A model generated the notes under the pieces. It was given only the letters and a program-made list of their open reading frames with translations. It did not search any database and was not told the origin of the DNA. A stretch of 64,000 bases of DNA, from assembly GCA_001029675.1 (NCBI GenBank), contig CP011210.1, forward strand, positions 128,193 through 192,192, written 5' to 3'. The position numbers and the translations under genes are program-made. Positions 36,123-47,798 of the stretch are shown here, piece after piece. Numbering within the stretch: the first letter of the stretch is position 1; each line of letters opens with the position of its first letter. The stretch comes from Candidatus Beckwithbacteria bacterium GW2011_GWC1_49_16. Its GTDB lineage: Bacteria > Patescibacteriota > Microgenomatia > UBA1400 > CG1-02-47-37.

Positions 36123-37910
36123 ATGTCAAAAAGCCTCAAAAAAAAGAAGATGGTTGAAGCTCGGCGCCCAGTAGAAAATCTTGAAGTTCAAGCCCCACAT
36201 TTAGCCAGACAACTTAAGGAGTTCATGGGGAAACTCTCTGAACGGTGGTTAGATCGGATTGAAAATCGAGAAAGGGTAGGACGGGGCATTGATTGGGTGC
36301 AATCATTTATCGCGTGGAAAGCCTTAAGCAGGTTACAGAGAGCCGAAGAGGCCCAGGACCCTAGAGTAGATGAGGCGCGAGAATTGGCCAGAGAAATGCA
36401 TGGAAAATCTAACCATCATTTTTTTGTTACTTGTATTGATGGTCGGAATTTGCCGGCGATAATGTTTTCCTTTGTGCCTAAGCTGGGAGGGGCGATGAGA
36501 ACACAGGCGGGAGAATTGTTTAGCTTCGGCGAAGAACTTGACCCTAAAACTGTGGCAGTAAACAAGGATTCGTTTGAAGCGCAGGCTATCAAAAAATTGG
36601 TGGCTGATCCGGAAAGAAAAGGAAACACAATCTACTACTCACTTGATAGTCATCTTGGCTGCGCGGCTAAAGATGGGATGCATTTGTCTGAAGGGGCAGA
36701 AGAGAGTGATGGTGGTCTTTTGGATGATGTGGGGCGGAAAATGAAAATTTCCCATGGAATACAAGAGTTTTATAGGGAGTTGAGGGGCCAGAAGATACCA
36801 GTAGCCGATATTGTACCGCAAAACTTTTCTTATAATCCCCATGATGGCACCATATATCTTGGCCTCGAGATGCATATTGATAATGCCCCAAGAGAAGGCT
36901 TCACGCAAAGGGTGTTAAGTGAGTATAGAAAAAATGGAGATGTGGTGAATACCTGGGATTTTTTAGAAGATGCAGAAGTAATCAAAGCCCTTGAAGCTCA
37001 AAACATTCCCCAAGCAGATTTTAGAGGGAATTTTGCCGAGAGTATGCTTGGTAACTGGCAAGCAATTTATGCTCTTTGGAATAAAGGTGAGGGCGAGGTT
37101 TATCGAAAGATTTATCAGCGCATCAAACAAGCATATATCAAGAACGGCTTTTCAATTAGTGATGAAGTTGGTTCAGATTCCCATTTAATTTACGACGGAG
37201 AAAAAGTAGTCATCAGAGGAGCGATAGAAAACAAAGCCAAGGTAATGTTAAAAAACTTGGTAACCAGATGGTCAATTGCGCAAGCCAATCAGGGTGAAGG
37301 CGCTTGGCCTTTTGCCGAACACCAGGAACAGGGAGTAGTGATTACAGAGGGTGGTTATGCGCCTTTTCCAAATCCTGGTAATAAGCCGTTTCCTCCAGAT
37401 ATGTTTGCGGTTTTTGCCTACGATGATCCTCATAACTTAGTTGATCACACGCTTTTGAGTGCTAATTTAGTAAGAGATTTTAGGAGAACTGGCAAGATAA
37501 AGGACCCACTCGGTAAGTTAGAGGGGGCCGAGTTTGTTGGGGTGCCAGTGTTAGTTTTGAATCATCAAATTTTAAGAAACTTGGGTGAAGAATCTTGGGG
37601 CATTTTGGAAAGAACTAACTTTACCGATCTGTTTTCTTCTTTAGACTGGAATTTTGGTTCAGAAATTTATAGGTGGGGAAAGCCAGATATAAAAGATCTT
37701 TTGATGAAGGCTGTTGGAAAAGAGACATTTACTGAGGCAAATGACGTGTCTGAATTGATAGACGCTACGTGGGAACTTTTCTCTCGTACCAAAGCGATGT
37801 TGCTACACAGAGATATTAGAAGATTGATTATTAAAGGGAGGCTTTTAATCGTCAATAAGCTGATCGACGGCTACCGCAAACCAAGAGTATTTATGCCGAT
37901 GGTATTTTAA
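36123..37910 (+). CDS. large hypothetical protein (595 aa)
   Basis: A long ORF with lower GC than the flanking genes. It has a weak beta-carbonic-anhydrase-like motif pair: CIDGR at residue 104 and HLGC at residue 177. Confidence 0.55.
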   Translation: MSKSLKKKKMVEARRPVENLEVQAPHLARQLKEFMGKLSERWLDRIENRERVGRGIDWVQSFIAWKALSRLQRAEEAQDPRVDEARELAREMHGKSNHHFFVTCIDGRNLPAIMFSFVPKLGGAMRTQAGELFSFGEELDPKTVAVNKDSFEAQAIKKLVADPERKGNTIYYSLDSHLGCAAKDGMHLSEGAEESDGGLLDDVGRKMKISHGIQEFYRELRGQKIPVADIVPQNFSYNPHDGTIYLGLEMHIDNAPREGFTQRVLSEYRKNGDVVNTWDFLEDAEVIKALEAQNIPQADFRGNFAESMLGNWQAIYALWNKGEGEVYRKIYQRIKQAYIKNGFSISDEVGSDSHLIYDGEKVVIRGAIENKAKVMLKNLVTRWSIAQANQGEGAWPFAEHQEQGVVITEGGYAPFPNPGNKPFPPDMFAVFAYDDPHNLVDHTLLSANLVRDFRRTGKIKDPLGKLEGAEFVGVPVLVLNHQILRNLGEESWGILERTNFTDLFSSLDWNFGSEIYRWGKPDIKDLLMKAVGKETFTEANDVSELIDATWELFSRTKAMLLHRDIRRLIIKGRLLIVNKLIDGYRKPRVFMPMVF

Positions 37911-37942
37911 GAAGTGAGTTTTGGGCGTGATATACTAGCTTC

Positions 37943-39307
37943 ATGGCGAGGCAAGTGAGCCGGTTTGTGTGTCAAAACTGCGGGGGGGAGTTTCCCAAGT
38001 GGAGCGGTCAGTGCGCTAGTTGCGGCCAGTGGAACAGTTTAGTAGAAACCCTGGTTGTCCCCAAGAAAAAGACAGGTTTTGGCGGGAGGCGAGCCTTCGG
38101 GAGAGAGCCGGTAAGGTTGAGTCAGATAAAGGGTAAAGGGGTGATGAGATTGGGAAGCGGCATTGGTGAACTTGACCGGGTTTTGGGCGGAGGTATTGTG
38201 CCCGGAAGCGTGGTTTTACTAGCCGGCGAGCCGGGAATAGGCAAATCTACTTTATTAACTCAACTTGCTTTAAGAATCACCTCCGAGGTGAAAAAATCCT
38301 CCACCTCGGAGGTGTTGTATGTCTGCGGGGAAGAAAGTCCGGAGCAGATAAAGCTTAGAATTGATCGGTTAAATACCACACCGGGACAGTCTAAAGCCAG
38401 TCCCGGTGTGACGCAACTTTCATTTTTGCCGGAAACCGACGTTGATGAAGTGATCGTCACCATCGAAGGGCAAAAACCGGCGCCTGGGCTGGTTATTGTG
38501 GATTCGGTTCAAAGTCTGTCTACCACCGACTTGACCGGTATGGCCGGCAGCGTGGGGCAAGTGAGAGAATGTTCATATAGATTACTCAATATGGCTAAAA
38601 AGACTAATATACCTGTATTTCTGGTAGGGCATGTTACCAAGGAAGGGGCCATTGCCGGGCCCAAAGTTTTGGAACATTTGGTGGATTCGGTGTTGTATTT
38701 AGAGGGGGATAAAAAACACGTCTTTCGCATTTTGCGGGCCCAAAAGAATCGTTTTGGGTCGGTCGATGAAGTCGGGGTGTTTTTGATGGAAGAGGCGGGC
38801 TTAAAAGAGGTGGAAAACCCGTCTGACGTGTTTTTGGAAGAGCGCCAGGCAGGGGTGCCGGGGAGCTGTTTGGTGGCTACCATGGAAGGTACCAGGCCGG
38901 TTTTGGTCGAGGTTCAGGGCTTGGTCAACCCGACGCAACTGGCGGTGCCAAGACGCGTGGCAACAGGGGTGGATCAGAGGAGGTTGACGCTTCTGACGGC
39001 GGTGTTGTCCAAGCGCTGTGGTTTGCCTTTAGGCAACATGGACGTTTATGTCAATGTGGCCGGGGGGCTTAATTTACGCGAGCCGGCGGTTGATTTGGGC
39101 GTCTGTTTGGCAATAGCCTCGTCGTTCAAAAACAAGGTTCTACCCAAGAAAGCGGCCGTTTTTGGAGAGGTGGGGCTTTTGGGGGAGATAAGACAGGTAA
39201 GTTTTGCGGCCAAACGCGCCCATGAGGCCAAGAAACTAGGTTACAGTTTGATTATTGAACCGGGTAAGGTGAAAACTATCAGGGATGCTTTAAAGATTTT
39301 AGGTTAA
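37943..39307 (+). CDS. radA: DNA repair protein RadA (Sms)
   Basis: Zn finger CQNCGGEFPKWSGQCASCGQWNS, Walker A GEPGIGKSTLL, KNRFG motif, Lon-protease-like C-terminus. It contains an in-frame palindromic insertion. Confidence 0.9.
   Translation: MARQVSRFVCQNCGGEFPKWSGQCASCGQWNSLVETLVVPKKKTGFGGRRAFGREPVRLSQIKGKGVMRLGSGIGELDRVLGGGIVPGSVVLLAGEPGIGKSTLLTQLALRITSEVKKSSTSEVLYVCGEESPEQIKLRIDRLNTTPGQSKASPGVTQLSFLPETDVDEVIVTIEGQKPAPGLVIVDSVQSLSTTDLTGMAGSVGQVRECSYRLLNMAKKTNIPVFLVGHVTKEGAIAGPKVLEHLVDSVLYLEGDKKHVFRILRAQKNRFGSVDEVGVFLMEEAGLKEVENPSDVFLEERQAGVPGSCLVATMEGTRPVLVEVQGLVNPTQLAVPRRVATGVDQRRLTLLTAVLSKRCGLPLGNMDVYVNVAGGLNLREPAVDLGVCLAIASSFKNKVLPKKAAVFGEVGLLGEIRQVSFAAKRAHEAKKLGYSLIIEPGKVKTIRDALKILG
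38278..38314. repeat. palindromic element, variant B, inside the radA CDS
   Basis: CACCTCCGAGGTG-aaaaaatcctc-CACCTCGGAGGTG, translated as TSEVKKSSTSEV. Confidence 0.75.
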
Positions 39308-39651
39308 TTTTCCCAGTTATCCACAGGAGTTTTTGTTTAGGGGATTACGTGGTTTTTCCTTGAGGTAATGGATAAGAGTAGAATAATATAGGTTATAGAA
39401 GTTTTGGTGTTATTTTTTCTATAGGATTGACAAGAGGGAGGTTTTTTGGTAAAAGAAAAAGAGCATCACTATCGCAGTGGGGTACTCGAGTAGTAATGCC
39501 CTTTTTAGGTAGGTAAGACCTGGACAGAGAGGTCAAACCCACACTAAGAAATAACACTAAAATTGGTGTTTTGTCAACTATAAATTCAAGTAGTTGACGG
39601 TCTAGGCGGGGGTGATAAGTTGGGCAGGCCTATCACCCCCACTTAAGCTTT

Positions 39652-40710
39652 ATGCTGAAAAAACTTTTTAACAGTCCGTTAGTAGTGCTTTTAAGCCTGT
39701 TTTTGGTAATGGTGGCAGTGGCCTCGGCGCAGTATGTCAGGGTGAAAAGAGAGGTTGGGGTTGGGGCGGTTAATAATTGTTCTGCGATCACCGACAGAGA
39801 TACTTGTAATCAAACCTGCTCTGGAGATCAGTTCTATGGTTGTAAGTGGATACAGGGTGAGTGTAAGAAGAACTATCGGCGTGAATGTGGTGCTGATGGA
39901 GAGCCAGAGCCAGGTGTGGTAGACGATGTTTATATTTGTGGTAGTCTGTCTAACGATACTCAGTGTCCTGTAGGTGAACCGGCAGGTGGTGCTTGCGGGA
40001 ATGACGGTGAGGGAACTTGTATTGCTTTGGTGAACCAGTGTGATAAGTGGGATGGAGGGGATTGTGGGCAAGGTAGGCCTAAATGTTCTTGTGTGGTAAG
40101 AGAAGAACGGCCTTCGCCGGGTCCGTCTCATTCTCCCAGTCCCAGTCCGTCTGCGTCGCCGAGTCCACACCCTTCGCCATCGCCTTCGGCGAGTCCTTCG
40201 CCTTCACCGAGTCCGAGCCCCAGCCCCAGCGCCAGTCCGAGCCCTAGCCCGTCACCTTCACCCTCACCGACCCCGCCTCCGGCAGACCACGCCCAGTTTG
40301 TAGTCAGAAAGTTTGCCGATACCGATAAAGACGGAGTTTGGGATAATGATGAGGGCGCGACCGGCCGGCAGTGGAGTTTTGAGTACCGGCTCGACGACGG
40401 CGACTGGAAGGAGTATAAAACCAACGCCTCAACTGGTTGGGGTGGAACGATTCAAGTAGACGTTGATACTAAGGTTGAGGCTCGCGAGATCGAGGTCGAC
40501 GGCTGGGTCAATACTACCGGCTTGACAGCGGTGAGGATTTTGGACGAAGAAAAAACCTATTACTTTGATTTTGGCAACTTTGAGTCGCCGACGGTGGTCA
40601 CGGCTTCTCCGCCTGCTGTAGCCCCGGAAACAGGCATAGGTTTGCCCTGGACGGCGATTATTGTCGGCGGCTTGGGATTACTGTTACAGCTGGTTATTCT
40701 TTGGCTATAA
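39652..40710 (+). CDS. secreted Cys-rich surface protein with a Ser-Pro repeat linker and a C-terminal PETG sorting signal
   Basis: Signal peptide MLKKLFNSPLVVLLSLFLVMVAVASA. About 14 Cys residues in the N-terminal domain. A (SPSP)n tract. The C-terminus APETG is followed by a hydrophobic helix. A sortase gene is adjacent. Confidence 0.6.
   Translation: MLKKLFNSPLVVLLSLFLVMVAVASAQYVRVKREVGVGAVNNCSAITDRDTCNQTCSGDQFYGCKWIQGECKKNYRRECGADGEPEPGVVDDVYICGSLSNDTQCPVGEPAGGACGNDGEGTCIALVNQCDKWDGGDCGQGRPKCSCVVREERPSPGPSHSPSPSPSASPSPHPSPSPSASPSPSPSPSPSPSASPSPSPSPSPSPTPPPADHAQFVVRKFADTDKDGVWDNDEGATGRQWSFEYRLDDGDWKEYKTNASTGWGGTIQVDVDTKVEAREIEVDGWVNTTGLTAVRILDEEKTYYFDFGNFESPTVVTASPPAVAPETGIGLPWTAIIVGGLGLLLQLVILWL
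40125..40275 (+). repeat. tandem Ser-Pro codon repeat (AGTCCGAGCCCCAGCCCC...) within the CDS
   Basis: Low-complexity tract encoding SPSPSPSASPSPSPSP. Confidence 0.8.
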
Positions 40711-40719
40711 AATAAAGCC

Positions 40720-41463
40720 ATGGAAACCCACGGCATAATTTTTCAGCGGTCGAAATCGACTCAAGATTTAAATCCTTTGGCCTGGGCAGTGATAAGTGAG
40801 GTAGTGTCTTTATGGCAGGATTTAGTTAGGCCGGTTAAAAAAAGCTTAAAGCTTTGGGCCAGGGGGTTGACGTTGGGGGCGTTGTTAGTAGTTTTGACTA
40901 CGGCGATTTTACCAATTTGGCTTAACCGCGAGGAAGCAGCCAAAAGGTTAGCCGAGCTCAAAAAAAGCCAGATTACTTTTGCCGACCTTTTAAGAGTCGA
41001 GGCTAACAAGCCGGTAGCGATCACTGACTCGACATACTTTACCGTCGAGATTCCAAAAGTAGGGGCTTATTCCAAGGTAATCGCCAACGTCAATCCGGCT
41101 GACAGCCAGATTTACACCGAGGCTTTAAAGGAGGGGATTGCCCACGCGGCCGGAACCTATTTGCCCGGCATGGGCGGAACGGTGACGCTTTTCTCTCACT
41201 CGACCGATTTGGCCGCCAATGTGGCCTACTACAACGCCGTCTTTTACCGTCTGGACGAATTGGTCCCGGGAGACGAAGTAACGGTGTGGTTTTTGGGAGA
41301 AAGGCGGGTTTATCGGGTGGAAGAGGTGAAGGTGACGCCGCCCAGTGATGTGTCGATTTTTGAGAGGCAAAACGACGGCGAGAAGCTGATTCTGATGACC
41401 TGTACGCCTCGGGGCACGACCAAGAATCGCCTGGTAGTCACGGCTAAACCCTTGACAGGTTGA
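40720..41463 (+). CDS. sortase family transpeptidase
   Basis: N-terminal TM anchor. Catalytic Cys in KLILMTCTP, with the downstream Arg (PRGTTKNRLVV) and an upstream His (TLFSHS). Confidence 0.65.
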   Translation: METHGIIFQRSKSTQDLNPLAWAVISEVVSLWQDLVRPVKKSLKLWARGLTLGALLVVLTTAILPIWLNREEAAKRLAELKKSQITFADLLRVEANKPVAITDSTYFTVEIPKVGAYSKVIANVNPADSQIYTEALKEGIAHAAGTYLPGMGGTVTLFSHSTDLAANVAYYNAVFYRLDELVPGDEVTVWFLGERRVYRVEEVKVTPPSDVSIFERQNDGEKLILMTCTPRGTTKNRLVVTAKPLTG

Positions 41464-41525
41464 GCTTTGCCTGGTAGATTAGACACGTATTTCGTTCTCC
41501 CGTGGTTTTGTTTCCGAGAAGATGA

Positions 41526-42908
41526 GTGCGTTTTATGGTAAATAATAATTCCCCAAAAGGAAGCGACAACTTGGTTGATGATTTGGTTGGAGGGCAGCAG
41601 CCCCAGCCGGCGCCCCAGCAGCCGCCACAGCAAACCTTTCAGAGGTCGCGACCGATTATGACTAACCGCCCGGCATTTAGGAAACCGATGAGGCGCGGTC
41701 CGGTAGGCAGAATGAGGCCGGCCCAGGGCGTGGTGGCCAGACCCTTGGTAGTTGACAACCGGATGATTCCGGATGCCCAGCTTCCCACAGAGAGTGTTAG
41801 CGGGGTGTTGGAGATAACCAGCGAAGGTCACGGATTATTGCGGCCGAATTTTTCGCCCAGCGACAGAGACGTTTATATTTCTTCGTCGCAAATCAGGCGT
41901 TTTCGCTTGCGGCCGGGAGACGTGGTTGAGGGTCCGGCCAGAAAACCCAAGGAAAACGAGCGCTACTGGGGTTTACTTAAAGTAGAAAAGGTTAATGGTA
42001 AGGATTTTGACGAGGGGTTAAGAAGGCCTGATTTTGACCGGCTGACGCCGATTTTCCCTAAAGAGAAGTTGGTGCTGGAGACGGATAAAGGTTCGGTGGC
42101 GGCCAGAGTCATCGACTTGGTGGCGCCGATCGGTAAAGGCCAGCGCGGCCTGATCGTCTCGCCGCCCAAAGCGGGCAAAACGACGATTTTAAAGGATATT
42201 GCCCATGGGATTGCCGAAAACAGCCCCAAGGTGCACCTGATGGCGGTGTTGGTAGGCGAGCGGCCGGAAGAAGTGACCGATATTAGAAAGTCGGTTAAGG
42301 GTGAAGTGGCGGCGTCTAACTTTGATGAGGCGGCAGAAAGGCAAACCAAAGTAGCCGAGATTGCCTTGGATCGAGCTAAACGTTTAGTAGAGTTGGGCAA
42401 CGACGTGGTGATACTTCTTGATTCGATTACCAGGTTAGCCCGGGCTTACAACTTGGCCATTCCCACGTCGGGCAGGACTTTGTCCGGCGGGTTTGACCCG
42501 GCGGCTTTATATCCCCCGAAGCGCTTTTTTGGGGCGGCACGAAACTTTGAGCCGTTTAAAGTCGAGGGTAAGGAAGTTGGTGGCAGTTTAACTATTATCG
42601 GCACGGCTTTGGTGGACACGGGTTCGCGGATGGACGAGCTCATCTACGAAGAGTTTAAGGGTACGGGCAATATGGAACTTCATCTGTCGCGTAAGCTTCA
42701 GGAGCGGCGGATGTTCCCGGCGATCAACCTCCAGCGCTCCGGCACCAGGCAAGAGCAACTGCTGTTTAACGAGAAAGACTATGAAAAGATAAGAACCATG
42801 CGGCGGATGATTGACGTTTTGGACGACAACGAGCAGACGGAAGTGATGCTGGAACGCTTGCGAAAAACCAAATCGAACAAGGAGTTCTTGAGTAGTCTGG
42901 GGAAGTAG
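41526..42908 (+). CDS. rho: transcription termination factor Rho (with a Q/P-rich N-terminal extension)
   Basis: Walker A GKGQRGLIVSPPKAGKTTIL, RNA-binding OB region, R-loop/Q-loop regions, C-terminal LQRSGTRQE. Confidence 0.9.
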   Translation: MRFMVNNNSPKGSDNLVDDLVGGQQPQPAPQQPPQQTFQRSRPIMTNRPAFRKPMRRGPVGRMRPAQGVVARPLVVDNRMIPDAQLPTESVSGVLEITSEGHGLLRPNFSPSDRDVYISSSQIRRFRLRPGDVVEGPARKPKENERYWGLLKVEKVNGKDFDEGLRRPDFDRLTPIFPKEKLVLETDKGSVAARVIDLVAPIGKGQRGLIVSPPKAGKTTILKDIAHGIAENSPKVHLMAVLVGERPEEVTDIRKSVKGEVAASNFDEAAERQTKVAEIALDRAKRLVELGNDVVILLDSITRLARAYNLAIPTSGRTLSGGFDPAALYPPKRFFGAARNFEPFKVEGKEVGGSLTIIGTALVDTGSRMDELIYEEFKGTGNMELHLSRKLQERRMFPAINLQRSGTRQEQLLFNEKDYEKIRTMRRMIDVLDDNEQTEVMLERLRKTKSNKEFLSSLGK

Positions 42909-42925
42909 GCTAGAATAGTTAGCCT

Positions 42926-45042
<2,117 letters not shown>

Positions 45043-45066
45043 GGTTGGTCCTACGCAGCCTTACGC

Positions 45067-45139
45067 GGGCCGTTAGCTCAGTTGGTAGAGCGCTACATTC
45101 GCATTGTAGAGGTCGGGAGTTCGACTCTCCTACGGTCCA
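45067..45139 (+). tRNA. tRNA-Ala (anticodon CGC)
   Basis: Acceptor GGGCCGT/ACGGTCC with G3:U70. Anticodon loop TTCGCAT. T-arm GGGAGTTCGACTCTCC. Confidence 0.8.
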
Positions 45140-45143
45140 CAGC

Positions 45144-45329
45144 ATGAGGAAAGATAAAATTCTAGTCTGCCAGAATTGTTTACAGGAGTTTGTCTGGACT
45201 TTAGGCGAGCAGGAGTTTTTTGAAAAAAAGGGTTTGAGTCAGCCCAAATTGTGCCCGGTGTGCCGAGGGATAGAGAAGGCGGCCAGGGAGGATAAGTTTA
45301 GGGGGCGGGAATCGGCTCAAAGCCGCTAG
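45144..45329 (+). CDS. small zinc-ribbon protein (CxxC...CxxC)
   Basis: A 61-aa ORF starting after the tRNA (MRKDKILVCQNC...CPVC). The tracked 94-aa ORF was trimmed because it overlapped the tRNA. Confidence 0.4.
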   Translation: MRKDKILVCQNCLQEFVWTLGEQEFFEKKGLSQPKLCPVCRGIEKAAREDKFRGRESAQSR

Positions 45330-47289
45330 GCGGCGAAGGCAAAGGTGAGGGTTGGGAGAGTTGATCGGGTTGGGGTGAGGCTTGAGGTTGGGTGGCAGTT
45401 GCTGGCAGTTGGGATTTAAGTTGATTGAGTTCATCCTGGGCCTTGACTGCGTCGTCGGAGTCGGCCGGGACCAAAGCGACCACTTGCTGCATCGCTTGGT
45501 AGGCTTCCAGAGTTTTGCCAGAGTCGCGGTAGGCGTAAGACAAGTTGTAGTAGCCGTTGGCGTAATCCGGTTTTAGCTCGATGGCTTCCCTAAAACGGTC
45601 GATGGCTTGGTCGTATTGCTTAAGCGAGTAATAAAGGCCGCCGAGTTGGACCCGCAAAACCGGGTTAGCCGGATCAAGCTGAATCGCTCTGATATAGGCG
45701 GCAACGGCAAACTGGTCGGCGCCGTCGGCAAAATTGACCAGTTGGCGATAAACATTGCCAAGATTAGTCCAGTTTAGGGCCTTTTGAGGGTTTAGTTGGG
45801 TGGCGGTCCTGGCCTCGCGGATGGCTTGTTGGATTAGCTGGGTTACTTGCTCGCGGTCTTGGTCGGTGAGTTCGCTTTGGGCGGCAATCGAGTTTGCCAG
45901 GGCCAGGTTAGTGTTGGCGTAGGCGACGCGGTAGCGGTCGACCTTGGGGTTTTTGGCGATAGCGGCAATCTGTAGGTCATAGGTGGCTTTGCCTTGGTTT
46001 TGGGCCAGGGTGTCGAGGCTTTGTTTGAAGGCAACTTCGGCGGCGTAAGCACGTGTTAGGTTAATGCCGGCAATAACTAATCCGAGCCCGATGGGGGCAG
46101 CTAAAATGTAAGGGAGAACGTTAGTTTGGTCTTTGGAGATGGCAGTGGGTTGGTCGGGGTCGACGATCTCCAGGGTGTTGATGGTGACCAAAACGTCTTT
46201 GACTTTTTTTAAATTCTTGGTTTTATTGAGGGCCACCGAGAAGCTAAAAAGGCCGATTAGAGTGGTTAAGGTAACCACAGTGAAGGGGATAAACAAAGCC
46301 AAGATGAGAGCGGTGGCAGTGGCCAAGTTGACGGCAGCTTGGGTGGCGGTAATCCGGGTGCCGGGCTGGCGTTTTACCAGTTTGCCCCAACCTAAAATGG
46401 TTAAAAGAAAGGCAGCGATGCCGGCAAGGCCCAAGGTGGTCATCAGGTGGAGGTATTCGTTTGCCGAGACGGTAAAGCCGACTTGCCAGAAAGGAGTAAA
46501 GTTGAGGCTAACTGGTTTGAACTGGGAGAATTGTTGTAAAAATGAACCAGGGCCGGAACCCAAAAGCGCGTTTGATTTAAAAGTATCGGTGGCGATCGAC
46601 CAACCGGCCAACTTAGGTAGAAGCGTAGGCGTAAAAGTTTGGCCGGGGAGAAACTGGTAGCCGATCAAAATGGTGGCGGCCAGAATGATGCCGGAGAAAA
46701 GAAAATAGTAGAGTTTTTCCGGGCCGCTTCTGATTTTAAAAGCCAGAGTCAGGCTTAAGGGAAGAGTAATGATTAGGTAGCTGACTAAAACTAACAGAGA
46801 GCCGGCAGGGCTAAAAGACCTACTGGTAAAGTAGCTAGATCCTTCCAGCAGGCCGGTGGTGGAAGCAAGGCCTAAAATGGCCAAGATTGCGGCGACGATA
46901 ATTTGGCCGGTGATAATGTTTCTTACCTGGCGAGGGGTTTGGATTAAGGTGCTAGCCATGATAAAAAAGACGGTCAGGGTCAAATACAAAGAGGTGCGAC
47001 CCAGCCAGGCACCGGCGGTGTCGGCGGCGGCCAAGTAAGTCGAAGCAACGGCGGTAGCGGCGAGTAAAATGAGGGGTAAAAGTAAAGGTGACAGGGTGAG
47101 GCGGACGGATTTTTGCAAGATAGAGTGGATCAGCCAAAAGACTAAGGAGACAGATGTTAAAAGGATAAAAAGAACTTGTTTGTTGAAGCCAAAAAAGTCG
47201 GTAGTTAAGGGCAGAAAGAAAATCGGCACTAAAATTAGGATGGCAGCAAGAAAGAAAGTAGCGATTGACTTAGGCTTATCCATCAACAC
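45298..47289 (-). CDS. O-antigen ligase-like polytopic membrane protein with C-terminal TPR repeats
   Basis: About 12 TM helices in the N-terminal 430 aa. The C-terminal region has TPR units (AIQLDPANPVLRVQLGGLYYSLKQYDQAIDRFREAIELKPDYANGYYNLSYAY). Confidence 0.55.
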   Translation of the reverse strand: MLMDKPKSIATFFLAAILILVPIFFLPLTTDFFGFNKQVLFILLTSVSLVFWLIHSILQKSVRLTLSPLLLPLILLAATAVASTYLAAADTAGAWLGRTSLYLTLTVFFIMASTLIQTPRQVRNIITGQIIVAAILAILGLASTTGLLEGSSYFTSRSFSPAGSLLVLVSYLIITLPLSLTLAFKIRSGPEKLYYFLFSGIILAATILIGYQFLPGQTFTPTLLPKLAGWSIATDTFKSNALLGSGPGSFLQQFSQFKPVSLNFTPFWQVGFTVSANEYLHLMTTLGLAGIAAFLLTILGWGKLVKRQPGTRITATQAAVNLATATALILALFIPFTVVTLTTLIGLFSFSVALNKTKNLKKVKDVLVTINTLEIVDPDQPTAISKDQTNVLPYILAAPIGLGLVIAGINLTRAYAAEVAFKQSLDTLAQNQGKATYDLQIAAIAKNPKVDRYRVAYANTNLALANSIAAQSELTDQDREQVTQLIQQAIREARTATQLNPQKALNWTNLGNVYRQLVNFADGADQFAVAAYIRAIQLDPANPVLRVQLGGLYYSLKQYDQAIDRFREAIELKPDYANGYYNLSYAYRDSGKTLEAYQAMQQVVALVPADSDDAVKAQDELNQLKSQLPATATQPQASPQPDQLSQPSPLPSPPSGFEPIPAP

Positions 47290-47336
47290 CAGTAAAGCTT
47301 AAAAAATTAACTTTGTCAAGCAAAAAAGTTAAAAAA

Positions 47337-47798
47337 TTAATCGGCGCAGACGTAGTAGGTTAGGCTAGCCGGCGAGGCGACACCGCAGGCGGCGGCGCTG
47401 GTGGTAAGGTCTGGGTCGGAGGCGTTTTCTAAAACTACCGAAAGCAGGAAGCCCTGGCCGGAGTCTTGTTGGGTGTAAGCATACTCGTCTGGCAGTTGTT
47501 TCATGTAGACGGTGTCGTCGGGGCTGATGCCTAAGGAAAATTCTCCTTCAGCAGGGCAAGCCTCGTTGCCGGCTGCGCCGCAGGCGACAATCTCGTTTGA
47601 AGCATTGTTAGTAGGATAGGTTTGGTTGTCGTTGTAATAAAGGCGCAAGGAAGTTTTTAGAGCGGTTAATTCTGATTTGCGTTTAGAATCGCGGGCCCGG
47701 GCCCGGGCGTCGGAAAGGTTAGCCAAAACTAAGGTGGCTAGCACCCCGATGATGGCCATGGCCACTAAGAGTTCTATAAGAGTGAAGCCCTTTTTCAT
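47337..47798 (-). CDS. type IV pilin/pseudopilin
   Basis: Prepilin leader plus N-methylation motif MKKGFTLIELLVAMAIIGVLA. Confidence 0.8.
   Translation of the reverse strand: MKKGFTLIELLVAMAIIGVLATLVLANLSDARARARDSKRKSELTALKTSLRLYYNDNQTYPTNNASNEIVACGAAGNEACPAEGEFSLGISPDDTVYMKQLPDEYAYTQQDSGQGFLLSVVLENASDPDLTTSAAACGVASPASLTYYVCAD

Noticed and set aside
45045-45329. 94-aa ORF overlapping the tRNA-Ala(CGC) gene
   Set aside because: The N-terminal 33 codons are the tRNA sequence itself. I retained only the downstream 61-aa zinc-ribbon ORF starting at 45144, at low confidence.
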